The translations under genes were made by a program, and so were the position numbers. A stretch of 34,547 bases of DNA from Octopus bimaculoides. Its lineage: Eukaryota. The DNA lies in NCBI RefSeq assembly GCF_001194135.2, contig NC_068982.1:167139518-167174064 (forward strand), written 5' to 3'. The notes beneath the pieces are model-generated. The model searched no databases and was not told the origin of the DNA. It saw nothing but the letters and a program-made list of their open reading frames with translations. Shown here piece by piece: positions 21,317 through 34,547 of the stretch (positions within the stretch are counted from its first letter, which is position 1; every line of letters begins with the position of its first letter).

Positions 21317-23349
21317 GAACGGGAAAGGAGTAAACCTGTGGGCACTTTATATGACAAGGGAAACATCTAGCAGTATAGGAAAATGGCTGTAGTTTGAATT
21401 TGTTGCAAAAGTACCACAGTAGCATTTATGTAGCTCACCCACATAGAAATCTAGGTACATGACTACTCTGATGAGTGCACTTGTCAACAAAAGATGCCAT
21501 TGAAGGACAGTATTGCTTTGAGGCTGATGCCACTGTTTGGTTATGAGGTAGCTCAAGAGTGGGCAAGAGATGACTGGATTCTTGTGCTGTTGAAACCACA
21601 TTTGATATTTCCCAGTTGTGCTCATTATTTGTTCATGTAGAAAATTAGGGAACATAAAAATAGCATGCCATATATCTCTAAATATTTTCATTTGAAAATA
21701 TTAAGTCTGACTTTGACAAGATAAATACACAAAAGCATTTCTTAATTTTCAAGATACAATTTTTGTTTTTATATTAAAATTATTTTATTTAATATTATGC
21801 AAAAAGGAGTGGGTAATGGATTTGGAAGGTGCAACAGCTAGTCTGCTTGGATTATCCAAATATAGAATGTGGACATAAGGTAGAGAAAGATGAGTAATTG
21901 TAGTTAGGACTCACCACAAGTATCCAGATGAGCAGCTTCGCTACTATCTTGCAACTTTATTACCTGGGTCTTTAATCTGAGGTGCTGTTGACTAGGTGTA
22001 GAATCCTTAATGGGTATTTAGTATATGAACTGTGTGTGTGTGTCTTGTTTCAGAGTTTATTAACAAAATTGCTGTTATCTCTAATAAAGTCAAATATAAA
22101 AATCCTTGCTTTCTGGTAATTTAGGTAATCCATTATTTAACTCAGTTTTTGGTAGATAACTGTTTTGATCTAATTTTGAAAGAAGTGCCTTTTGAAAAAG
22201 GCATCAGTAAGTGTTTAACAAATCATTCTAAAAGAATTTGGAATTGTCTATTAATTTATCCCACTCTTGTTGTTAAGTTCCAGGTTATTTCTGTTCCAAT
22301 CCTTCTTGCTATGATTATCTCAGTTTATTTTCAGACAACATATCCAGAGTTACATTAACCAATATGTCCTTTTTTTAAAATATTTTTCAAGATATTAAAG
22401 TTTGAAATGTGTTATTTCTAGTACTGATATAGAAGTGCTCTAATTTTATATCCTGCTGTAGAGCCCAAATTCCACACTTCTATTTGTTACCTATTTTTTT
22501 CCACTTCATGGAACTTAGCTTCCATTTCATGTCTTCCATGGCTTGTAGATTTTGTAAATATTTTAAAGATCACATTTGTTAGCCTTCTGTCTATTTGTTT
22601 AGCCTGTGCATTTTAAAAATTGTATCAACCACATAAAAAAGTCAAATGTTACATGTTTGTAGCTGTTTTTTTAGAAAATTAGTTATATGATTTAGTGCTC
22701 AACAGTTTTTATATTATACACCATATTTACTTTTTATCAAAAAAGACATATTTACAAAGATGTTTCTGTCTGCAGATTTGTAGAAATTGATAAACTAACA
22801 GATTTTTGTGATTGGACCTTTCTGTAGGTGGATTGATAATCAATAGAGAGCTAGACTCTTGTGTCATTTAACTGTGGGCCTCTATGTTCTGAGCTCAAAT
22901 CTTGACGAGGTCACATTGTTTTTGAGGTCAACAAAATAAGTACTAGTTAAATGCTGGCGCTAGTTTAATAGTATTTTTTAATAAAATTCAAATAGCTTTA
23001 AATGGTCAAGATCAGCATTTTTATTTCTTCAATAAAATTTATAATTGCAATTATCACATTTTTCTGAATATTTAAAAAAATTTCTTTTTAATGTAGATTT
23101 TGCCTTAAAATATAAAAATGCTCTTCTAGGTTACATTCTTTTAAAATTTGTGACAGTGTTCCTTAGAAACCATTAGTTTCATTTAATCTACAAGTAATAG
23201 CATTTACCATTTCTCATTTTTTTTTCTTTTTTGTTTTTTTGCAATTACTAATATTTTGATTTTATTTTTTTATTCAGAAGTCTGTAATTTTTCTTGAACC
23301 TGATCTCTAATCATATTCATCTGGCATGAGTTTTTTTTGTTTTTTTTTT

Positions 23350-26490
<3,141 letters not shown>

Positions 26491-26567
26491 TAAACCAAAT
26501 GAGATTGTCGTCATGGCCGATGCTGGTGATTTGTAACTGGTACATAAAAAACACCAACTATAGTCTT

Positions 26568-26699
26568 GGAAGGGTTTTCAGCTGTAGAAACCATGCCAAA
26601 TCAGATTGGAACCTGGTGCAGCTCCCTGGTTTACCAGTTTTCAGCCAGACTGTCCAACCCATGCCAGCATGGAAAGTGGACGTTAATGATAATGATGAT
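26568..26699 (+). mobile_element. RTE 3' tail, sense orientation, intron 2
   Basis: ggaagggttttcagctgtagaaacc...ccatgccagcatggaaagtggacgttaatgataatgatgat. Confidence 0.82.
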
Positions 26700-27280
26700 T
26701 TGTTTCAGTTTTTGAGAATATACTGATGTATGATGTGACACTTCATAAATCACCATCTTGTTGCATGTGTGTATATACAGCAATAATAGGATAAAGAATG
26801 ATAGTTCATTGATGGAAGTATTTTGTCTCAAAGAGATCTCACTTTTGCTAAAAGACAGTTGTAATTCTTTGGGAATATGTCTAATATGCAGGGCAACTGA
26901 TAGGGTATAACTCACTGAAAGGCACTAGTTCCATGGGTGGGACAGGAACATAACCAGACAATGAGCAATGTGGATATGGTATAGGTTTGCATATAAGACA
27001 AATAAGTAATTTGTTGTGGGGAAATTATATTTGGAAGCTAGATATTGGATATAACTAACTAGGAGAGATGGGGTACAAGATAGCTTTGCCATATCTCTAA
27101 GTACTGAGATATCAAATCAAAACTGCTTTGAATTACAAGACAATGCGCATATCAGAATTGTGCAAGAAGGTTGATAAAATCACGCTATAAAAAAAAGATT
27201 ACGAGTAAGATAAAGCATTCTGCTCCTAAAGGAGAAATCAGGTGAGCCAGCAGAAGGCTAGATTAGTGTTTCTCACTTTT

Positions 27281-27613
27281 ATCTTTTATTTCCTTCAGTC
27301 ACTTGATTGTGGCCATACTGGAGCACTGCCTTATAGGGTTCTTAGTTAAGCAAACTGACTCCAGGAATGTTTTTTTCCTTTTTTTTAAGCCTATTACTTA
27401 TTCTATTGGTATCTTTTGCCGACCTGCTAAGTTACTGGGATGTAAACACACCATCACCAGTTGTTGAGTGGTGACAGGGCTTTCAATTTCTGTCTACCAA
27501 ATCCGCTCACAAGGCTATAGTAGAAAACACTTGCCCAAGGTGCTACTCAGTAAGATTGAACCCAGAACCATGTGTCAGGAAGCAAGCTTCTTACCACACA
27601 GCTATGCTTGCAC
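27281..27613 (-). mobile_element. tRNA-derived SINE with the non-RTE tail, intron 2
   Basis: cttcagtcacttgattgtggccatactggagcactgcc tail, gctaagttac, cacttgcccaaggtgc CORE-like block, gattgaacccag B box, cttaccacacagc A box. Confidence 0.82.
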
Positions 27614-27724
27614 ATGTATATGTATTATTAAATCAAGGTATGTAAAAATCTCTTTGGAATAGATTTTGCTAGTCTGGTTTTACTCTTGCTTAATCAAATT
27701 ATAACAGAATTTTTTCTTTTTTAA

Positions 27725-27904
<180 letters not shown>

Positions 27905-28648
27905 TAATAACAGGTTATTTATTACACAGTGGAGACGACTTAGTACTTTCATGGCAATATTTCTAAAATAATTTACTACCTATGTATTTTAAATCAGCAC
28001 TAGAGTTGGTCTTGTGTAATGGTTATCAAAATGGTTAAGGTTGTTTTAACAACTTTTGTTGGCTTCTGAATTTGCAAGATAATCTTGTTACAGTGTTTAA
28101 ATTTATGTAAATGTAGCAGTGAAAATCTTTACTGGCATTGCTTTAATACATCAAAATTTGTCTGCGATATAACTGATAAACTATCTCATATGAGTAGCAT
28201 AACACTCTTGCAGTTGTTTTGAAGCATTAAAGTAGACTCTCGGGATCTACTGTTTGTGCAATCCAGTAAACATATAACCTTTTGTAAAACATACAGCTAT
28301 CCTTTTTGCGGATTCATCTAATTCCTGTATGCACATTTTATCACTACAAACGGGATTCAATACTTGAAACATGATACTGTAAAATAACTTATAAAGCTTT
28401 TTCATTTTACCATCATCAGTTCTTTTAAGATTGCACCCTTATATTTTAATGAAAAATTTGTGCCCAAAATTGTGATGTTATATCATTATGAACCATGATC
28501 CCTCTGTGCTCAAGTTGTAACTGATCCATATATTATGATCTGTTTGGGATTCTTGATTTATGTACGATATAAACTGGATGAATTGTGCCAGTTTTCAAGT
28601 ATTACACATTGTGTGTAGCACCTTATTGGAAGTTTTCTTTAATTACAG

Positions 28649-28787
28649 GCTTTAACAGCACTTTTGGCAGATGATAATAAGTTTGGTTTTATTGTGATGG
28701 ATGGTAACGGAGCCTTATTTGGAACCTTATCTGGAAATACACGAGAAGTACTTCATAAATTTACAGTTGATTTACCAAAGAAACACG
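28649..28787 (+). CDS. ETF1: eRF1 coding exon 4 ([46 protein letters not shown]), 139 nt
   Basis: Acceptor aattacag, donor G|GTAAAT. M-domain sequence; overlaps supplied ORF 28664..28957. Confidence 0.98.
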
Positions 28788-28915
28788 GTAAATTTTTACA
28801 AGCATTTCAGCTTTTCATCAAATTACCTTTTTGCAGCATGCATCAGCATTCATCTTTGTACAGGAAAACTTTGTATTATAACTTTGAAACAAATATATTC
28901 ATTTTTTTTTTTTTT

Positions 28916-29106
28916 TTAATGTCCACTTTCCATGCTAGCATGGGTTGGACGATTTGACTGGGGACTGGCGAACCAGATGGCTACACCAGACTCCAATCTG
29001 ATCTGGCAGAGTTTCTACAGCTGGATGCCCTTCCTAACGCCTACCACTCTGAGAGTGTAGTGGGTGCTTTTTATGTGCCACCGACACGAGGGCCAGTCCG
29101 GCGGTA
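28916..29106 (-). mobile_element. Young RTE 3' end, intron 4
   Basis: ttaatgtccactttccatgctagcatgggttggacg...ggatgcccttcctaacgcc...gggccagtccggcggta; truncated within the first hairpin unit. Confidence 0.88.
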
Positions 29107-29178
29107 ACTTTTACCAATATTTACAGGCAGTAGTTACTATCCCAAATTTTTGTTTTGTAATGAAATCACAGATTATTT

Positions 29179-29339
29179 TTAATCCTTTAGCATTCAGATT
29201 ACTCAATCAAATGTAATGCTTATTTATTCTCATTGCTTTGAGTTAATCATACATCATCTCAATAGCTTTTAGATTTTGATGATGTGATTGTATTTTTTTT
29301 AGAAACTAGATCTAGCTGGTTTAAATGCTAAAGGGTTAA
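29179..29339. mobile_element. piggyBac-like MITE (family A), intron 4
   Basis: TTAA-tCCTTTAGCATT ... AATGCTAAAGGG-TTAA, with an internal deletion relative to the 18258 copy. Confidence 0.83.
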
Positions 29340-29428
29340 AGCAGTGACTTGATTGGTTTTGCTGAGAACACCACCACAGTTGCTATTGAGCTTGTTGGAT
29401 GTATTGTCTCTAGTTACTCTATTTCTAA

Positions 29429-29785
<357 letters not shown>

Positions 29786-29902
29786 TAGCTTTGTGCTTGA
29801 TCTTGTATTTTAGGTTTGTAGTACTTGGTATTTTAGTCTTGCACATTTAAAGAATTTTGAGGCTATAGTGCAACTGAATGCTATTTTATTTCTCTATTTC
29901 AG

Positions 29903-30032
29903 AGATTACAAGGCAAAATTATCAAGATAGTTGATGTTTCCTATGGAGGAGAGAATGGTTTTAATCAAGCAATTGAACTAGCATCAGATGCTTTAGCGAA
30001 TGTTAAATTTATTCAAGAAAAGAAATTGATAG
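29903..30032 (+). CDS. ETF1: eRF1 coding exon 6 ([43 protein letters not shown]), 130 nt
   Basis: Acceptor ctatttcag, donor G|GTATTT. Contains the conserved [17 protein letters not shown]. Follows a 126-nt intron. Confidence 0.97.
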
Positions 30033-30080
30033 GTATTTAAAAAAGTTTTTTTGAAATATTATTTTAAAGAAATTATTACT

Positions 30081-30199
30081 TGGAAACTGGTACAGCTCTC
30101 CAGCTTGCCATCTCTGGTCAAACCGTTCAGCCCATGCCATCTCTGGTCAAACCGTTCAGCCCATGCCATCATGGACAACAGACGTTAAATGATGATGAT
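30081..30199 (+). mobile_element. RTE 3' tail, sense orientation, intron 6, with a 29-nt internal tandem duplication
   Basis: ctggtacagctctcc...aaccgttcagcccatgccatcatggacaacagacgttaaatgatgatgat. Confidence 0.75.
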
Positions 30200-32581
30200 A
30201 AGGCTGTGGTGTTTCCTACATACTATAGTGTACTAAAGAATAAACCTTTGACATTAAATAGCTGGACAGTCATTAGTGACTGTCTTGATACAATCTCAGT
30301 GTAATTAGTAATAGGAATCAGCTGGACCAATTTCAAACTTCATTAAGATTTCATCAGCAACTGGCACCTATCTCTAACTATCCACTATGTATGTGTGCAT
30401 GCAACTGCTATTATTAAGGGTTTTATTAAATTGAACTCACAATTTGCATAAATGCATTCTTGACAGCTGGTTTGGTTAATGAATTAATAACATATTAGCA
30501 GTGTTCATTTTTGATGCTGTACTGTTCTACAGAATAAACTTATCAATGTCTGTGTATCCAATTCGATACACAGTGGTTATATATGCAGTTCACTGGATGA
30601 AAGGAGCTGATCTCTTTTTCTGCTCATGGTAAAATTATATAAAATCAACTGTATTTAATTCCAGTTTAGATATGCCGAGCTTTTTGAAATTTATGAATTT
30701 ATTCTGTAGCTTCAAAAACAAACATGTTAATAATTTATAAATGTACATGGGCAGTGTAGATAGTAGAGACAGTAGTGTTGTTTGCTCTGTGGTCAGCTTT
30801 TTATTTTCGATGGGGTCAAATATGGTCAATACTTATTAGTCTTAGTGCTTGTCATTAAAAGCCATTGTCACCACAGATATGATTCATGCCAATGGGAATT
30901 ATCTTATAAAGGCTTTGCAATGTCAAGTTTAAAAACCTCTGGGATAAAATAACACTGGAGTTTAATTTTCATTATTGCATTCTGGAATTTGATTAAAAAA
31001 TGTTTGGGTGATGATTAAAATCCTTGATATTTGCAAGGTGTAACCACTGTGGTTTATAATACCCAAAGTTTGATGACTACTGATGTTGATTAAGCTTTGC
31101 CAGTAGGGTTGGGATAAGTATTATTACTCTATCTCCATTCAGTCGGTTCCTTTTGTTACAAAATAGACTCAGTTCCTTTTGTTACAAAAATAGATATAAA
31201 GAAATCAATAATTTTTTTTTTTAATTGGGTTTTAAAAAATCTATTTTTTGTAGGGAAGGACAATTGAGATTATTTCACCAAATGTCCTTTCTCCATCTTG
31301 GACAAAAAATAACACTTATTCTAGTTTCTACCTACACAAACTTCTGGTAGAATATCTGGTGCTTTTCTGTCAAGCTTGTTATTGCAGTTATTCTATTTTG
31401 TATATTGTCTACCTTTCTATGTAAGCATGGTTCTAGAAAATTTATATTTTGTCGTTGGTTTTACAAAATTTATATTTAGAATTCTAGAGTAAAATATTTT
31501 GTTCTCAAAAGCTGGTGTGTTGGTTATATTTTTATTACTTTATGATAAAATGTAACTGGATCGATGAATTCTTGGTGGTTCTGATCACTTTGAGATTTTT
31601 ACGGAATAGCTACACAGGAGTAGTTTCACACATGTTCACTCCAGGCCCATGACTGATATTCAGGACTTCAAACTGATGAAACTCTCAATTTCAGTGTTCT
31701 TACTACTAACAACAGTGAGCTGTACCAACCAACTTATGCTATTTAAGTAGATATACTAAGTTCTTTTCCATGAACACATAGTACAGACCAAGTAACAGGT
31801 TATCAACTGTTGACTCTGCCAGTAGGGTTGATATAAATACTAGCATAATATTCAATCAGTTCCCTTTGTTACAAAATAGACTTGGTTCCCTTCGTCAGCT
31901 AATTAAAGTTACCTAAAGACACTATTTGTTTTTGTGTTGAGATCAGTCAGATGTCATGTCTTGAATTCATTTTCAGTAAATTAGCAATGTTTGAATACTA
32001 TTGTGTAGTTTTAAATTTTAGTAATATTTCTCCTGGTGTCAAAAAGACAAAAATAAAAGATTATGCACATGCACACATATTATTCATGGCCTCATCTTTA
32101 GAGATAGAAAAATGTGATATTTGCATCTCTGCACTGCAGTTTTGTCTCTGATTATCAATATGTCAGTAGTCTTGTAGTAATTAGTGTTAGCAGCTATTGT
32201 TTAAGTAGAAAAGTTCCTATTTCAAATCCATTATGTACACATAGTGAAATAAAGTATATCTGGATGAACAGAGATCAAACTGATTGTAATTAGTAACAAA
32301 AAAATTGAGTTTTTAGAGGTGAAGTCAATAGCTCAGAAAACTTGTGTTAATTCTTTGATATTAACTGCTTGAGACTACCTCTGATTCTATAACATGAAAC
32401 ATTCTGCTTTAAAGTGATAAACTAAACATTCTATCTGTCAGTTTATGTTCCAGATATCAGCTCAATAATGCTAGTTATTTTATTAAATTCCTCTGTATTA
32501 AAATAAATAGCAATTGGAAATTAAAGTTGTAAAAATTTTGCTTTTTGTTAAGTTGATTTTAATAAAATTTACTTTTTACAG

Positions 32582-32737
32582 GCAGGTATTTTGATGAGAT
32601 ATCTCAGGATACAGGCAAATATTGTTTTGGTGTTGATGACACCTTAAAAGCTTTAGAAATGGGTGCTGTTGACATTCTGATTGTCTGGGAAAATCTTGAT
32701 ATTACAAGATATATCTTGAAGAACCATTCCACAGATG
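32582..32737 (+). CDS. ETF1: eRF1 coding exon 7 ([52 protein letters not shown]), 156 nt
   Basis: Acceptor tttttacag, donor G|GTGAGT. C-domain sequence. Confidence 0.97.
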
Positions 32738-33343
32738 GTGAGTAAATTAATTTCTTGTTTCATATAACATTGGTTGAGAAAAAATGCCACTGCCCTTTAT
32801 TTCAAATGAAACATGGGTCAGTGGCATTTTTTCAATTCATTTTGTCCAGTAGTATTTTATTAGTATCTTAAGGAAGAATGTGAATATTAACATTTGATCT
32901 CTTTCCTAAAAGTCTGTCTTTGATTGTAAGAATGAATGCACCTTTTAAATGTTTTTTTTAGTTAATGTTTCTTGTTTGTGTCATAAAAGGGCTTGTGACA
33001 CAATTTTGTTGAATGATAGTTAACTATTTGATAATGTTTGTTAGGAGTAATTCATTGAATACGCTTTCTACTCTAATTTGGGAGTGGACCAACAAAAATA
33101 GCTGCCTTGCCCAGGAAGTACAACAGAACACTTTGTAAGATTTGAGCTTATGATTGGAGTTAGTTCTTCAGTTGCTTAGTCTTACAGCCATAACACACAA
33201 TCCACCTGTCCACTGATGTGTGTGTGTGCTATACCAGCCAGAAACCATAATTTGGATTGAAATATGGTTAATTCCCCCATATATATTATGACAATGTTTT
33301 ACATAAAATTTGGTTGACTAATTTTAATAATTCCTCAATAATG

Positions 33344-33386
33344 ACTCATGCAAGCATGGAAAAATGGACATTTAAGGATGATGATG
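33344..33386 (+). mobile_element. Terminal RTE/SINE tail remnant
   Basis: actcatgcaagcatggaaaaatggacatttaaggatgatgatg. Confidence 0.6.
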
Positions 33387-34232
33387 AATAACATTTAGTT
33401 TTACAAAATTCTTCTTGACACTGACCACATGATTACCAAATTTGATGAAACTATTCTGTAGTTATTTTTAAGCTCATTTAGGATAGATAATTCACTGGTG
33501 GCAGTGGTATTATTTTTCAGCTGATATTAATATCGTAATATGATTTGCTTATTAGTACAAAAAGTGGCGCATTTTCAATTACAGTTTAACAATTTCCCTG
33601 AGATGAAAAAGTACTAAATAACTTGTATTACTACAGTTCTTGGCTAGTTCTAATGAAGCTGTACATTCATGTAATAATGAAGCTGGTATTCTTATGTTGT
33701 AATAATTGTTCCTGTTGTTACTATAATCTCAATGTTATATGTGAGCCCTGAAGATTTTGAAAATTTACGTATTTGCATGTGGTTTGTGCTTCGTTTAAAT
33801 ATTGGAGAGGAGCTTTTTAAATTCTCTTCTCATTAATGTGAGACCTCTATTATTCTGAAGCACAAATCTGATTAGAAATTGGCAATAGAAACTTCTGTTA
33901 TCAGTTTTAATGGTTAAATAAGATTTATCTAGTGAAAGATGCACCACAATTTTGGCAGGCCTTTCCTTGAACTACCACTTATTTATCTGAACCATGATCT
34001 CATGTTTATCAAATGTAGGTTGATTTTTTGGGGGATATTTCTTTCAAAAAGTGTCACTTTAAAATTCAAATACATCAAGTGGCTAGCAGTAGCAAGGGCA
34101 TCCAGCTATGAAAGAAATTGTTCAGTGAGTTTGAAGGCTATAAAGATATGACTGTTAAATAGTAGGAGTTAAAGATGTAAATACATACTTTTATATGTGT
34201 TAGCTAATTTGTTTCTCTTTTTATATTTGTAG

Positions 34233-34297
34233 AGGAGAAAATCTTGCATTTGAGGCCAGAGCAGGAAAAAGACAAAACACACTTCATGGAAAAAGAA
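34233..34297 (+). CDS. ETF1: eRF1 coding exon 8 (EEKILHLRPEQEKDKTHFMEKE), 65 nt; gene continues beyond the window
   Basis: Acceptor atttgtag, donor GAA|GTTTGT. Resembles the metazoan eRF1 minidomain (human [21 protein letters not shown], recalled). No stop codon is reached in the window. Confidence 0.93.
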
Positions 34298-34547
34298 GTT
34301 TGTTCTTTCACTATTTTTCTATACCTGCTTTACTGCAATTTCAAAACTTGTTTTTTAGATCTAAAATAATTTGATTTGTTTGTTTATTTTGACAGTGTGT
34401 AAACATTTCAAAGTATAGCCTTGAGCTAAAATCTAGATTGCTTTTTTGTAATGTGGCAGGTCACTTTCATTAGAAGCTTCAAGTGTTTTATTTCAGTATA
34501 TGACTATTTTTCATTACGAGGTGCTTTATTTTGCATTTTTATTATTT

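Noticed and set aside
21467-21515. Hammerhead ribozyme core (CTGATGA), also at ~2944 and ~31673
   Set aside because: No stem II closed by GAAA with compatible stems I and III in any of the three cases.
28224-28338. H/ACA snoRNA (two hairpins, ATATAA, ACA) in intron 3
   Set aside because: Box-to-pocket distances are about 20 nt instead of 14-16, and one pocket strand is only 2 nt.
31008-31083. C/D snoRNA (GTGATGA ... CTGA) in intron 6
   Set aside because: No terminal stem, the internal TGATGA is only 3 nt from box D, and no rRNA complement was recognised.

Overview
Eukaryotic, AT-rich, repeat-dense genomic DNA. The repeat families point to an octopus or other coleoid cephalopod (inference from recognising the repeats, not from a database search). 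The window holds the 5' ~83% of a single + strand spliced gene for eukaryotic peptide chain release factor 1 (eRF1/ETF1). Eight coding exons are visible (9289-9386, 26148-26323, 27732-27871, 28649-28787, 29586-29776, 29903-30032, 32582-32737, 34233-34297; 1095 nt = 365 codons). All introns are GT-AG, the GTS, NIKS, YxCxxxF and GGQ motifs are intact, and the gene runs off the right edge. Intron 1 is 16.8 kb. The rest is RTE-clade LINE fragments of several ages (one nearly full-length fossil), tRNA-derived SINEs, TTAA-flanked piggyBac-like MITEs and microsatellites. There is no CRISPR array, rRNA or tRNA gene. None of the supplied ORFs is a stand-alone gene; a few overlap ETF1 exons or RTE ORF2. 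I found no demonstrable new system. The best leads are RNA-level: a ~700-nt head-to-head SINE fold-back in intron 1 (candidate ADAR substrate), oppositely oriented RTE tails flanking frame-neutral exon pairs (candidate circRNAs), a pre-miRNA-like hairpin in intron 7, a hairpin array in the RTE 3' UTR, a CpG-retaining intronic zone with candidate cryptic exons, and a duplicated structured motif plus a C/D-like segment in intron 6.
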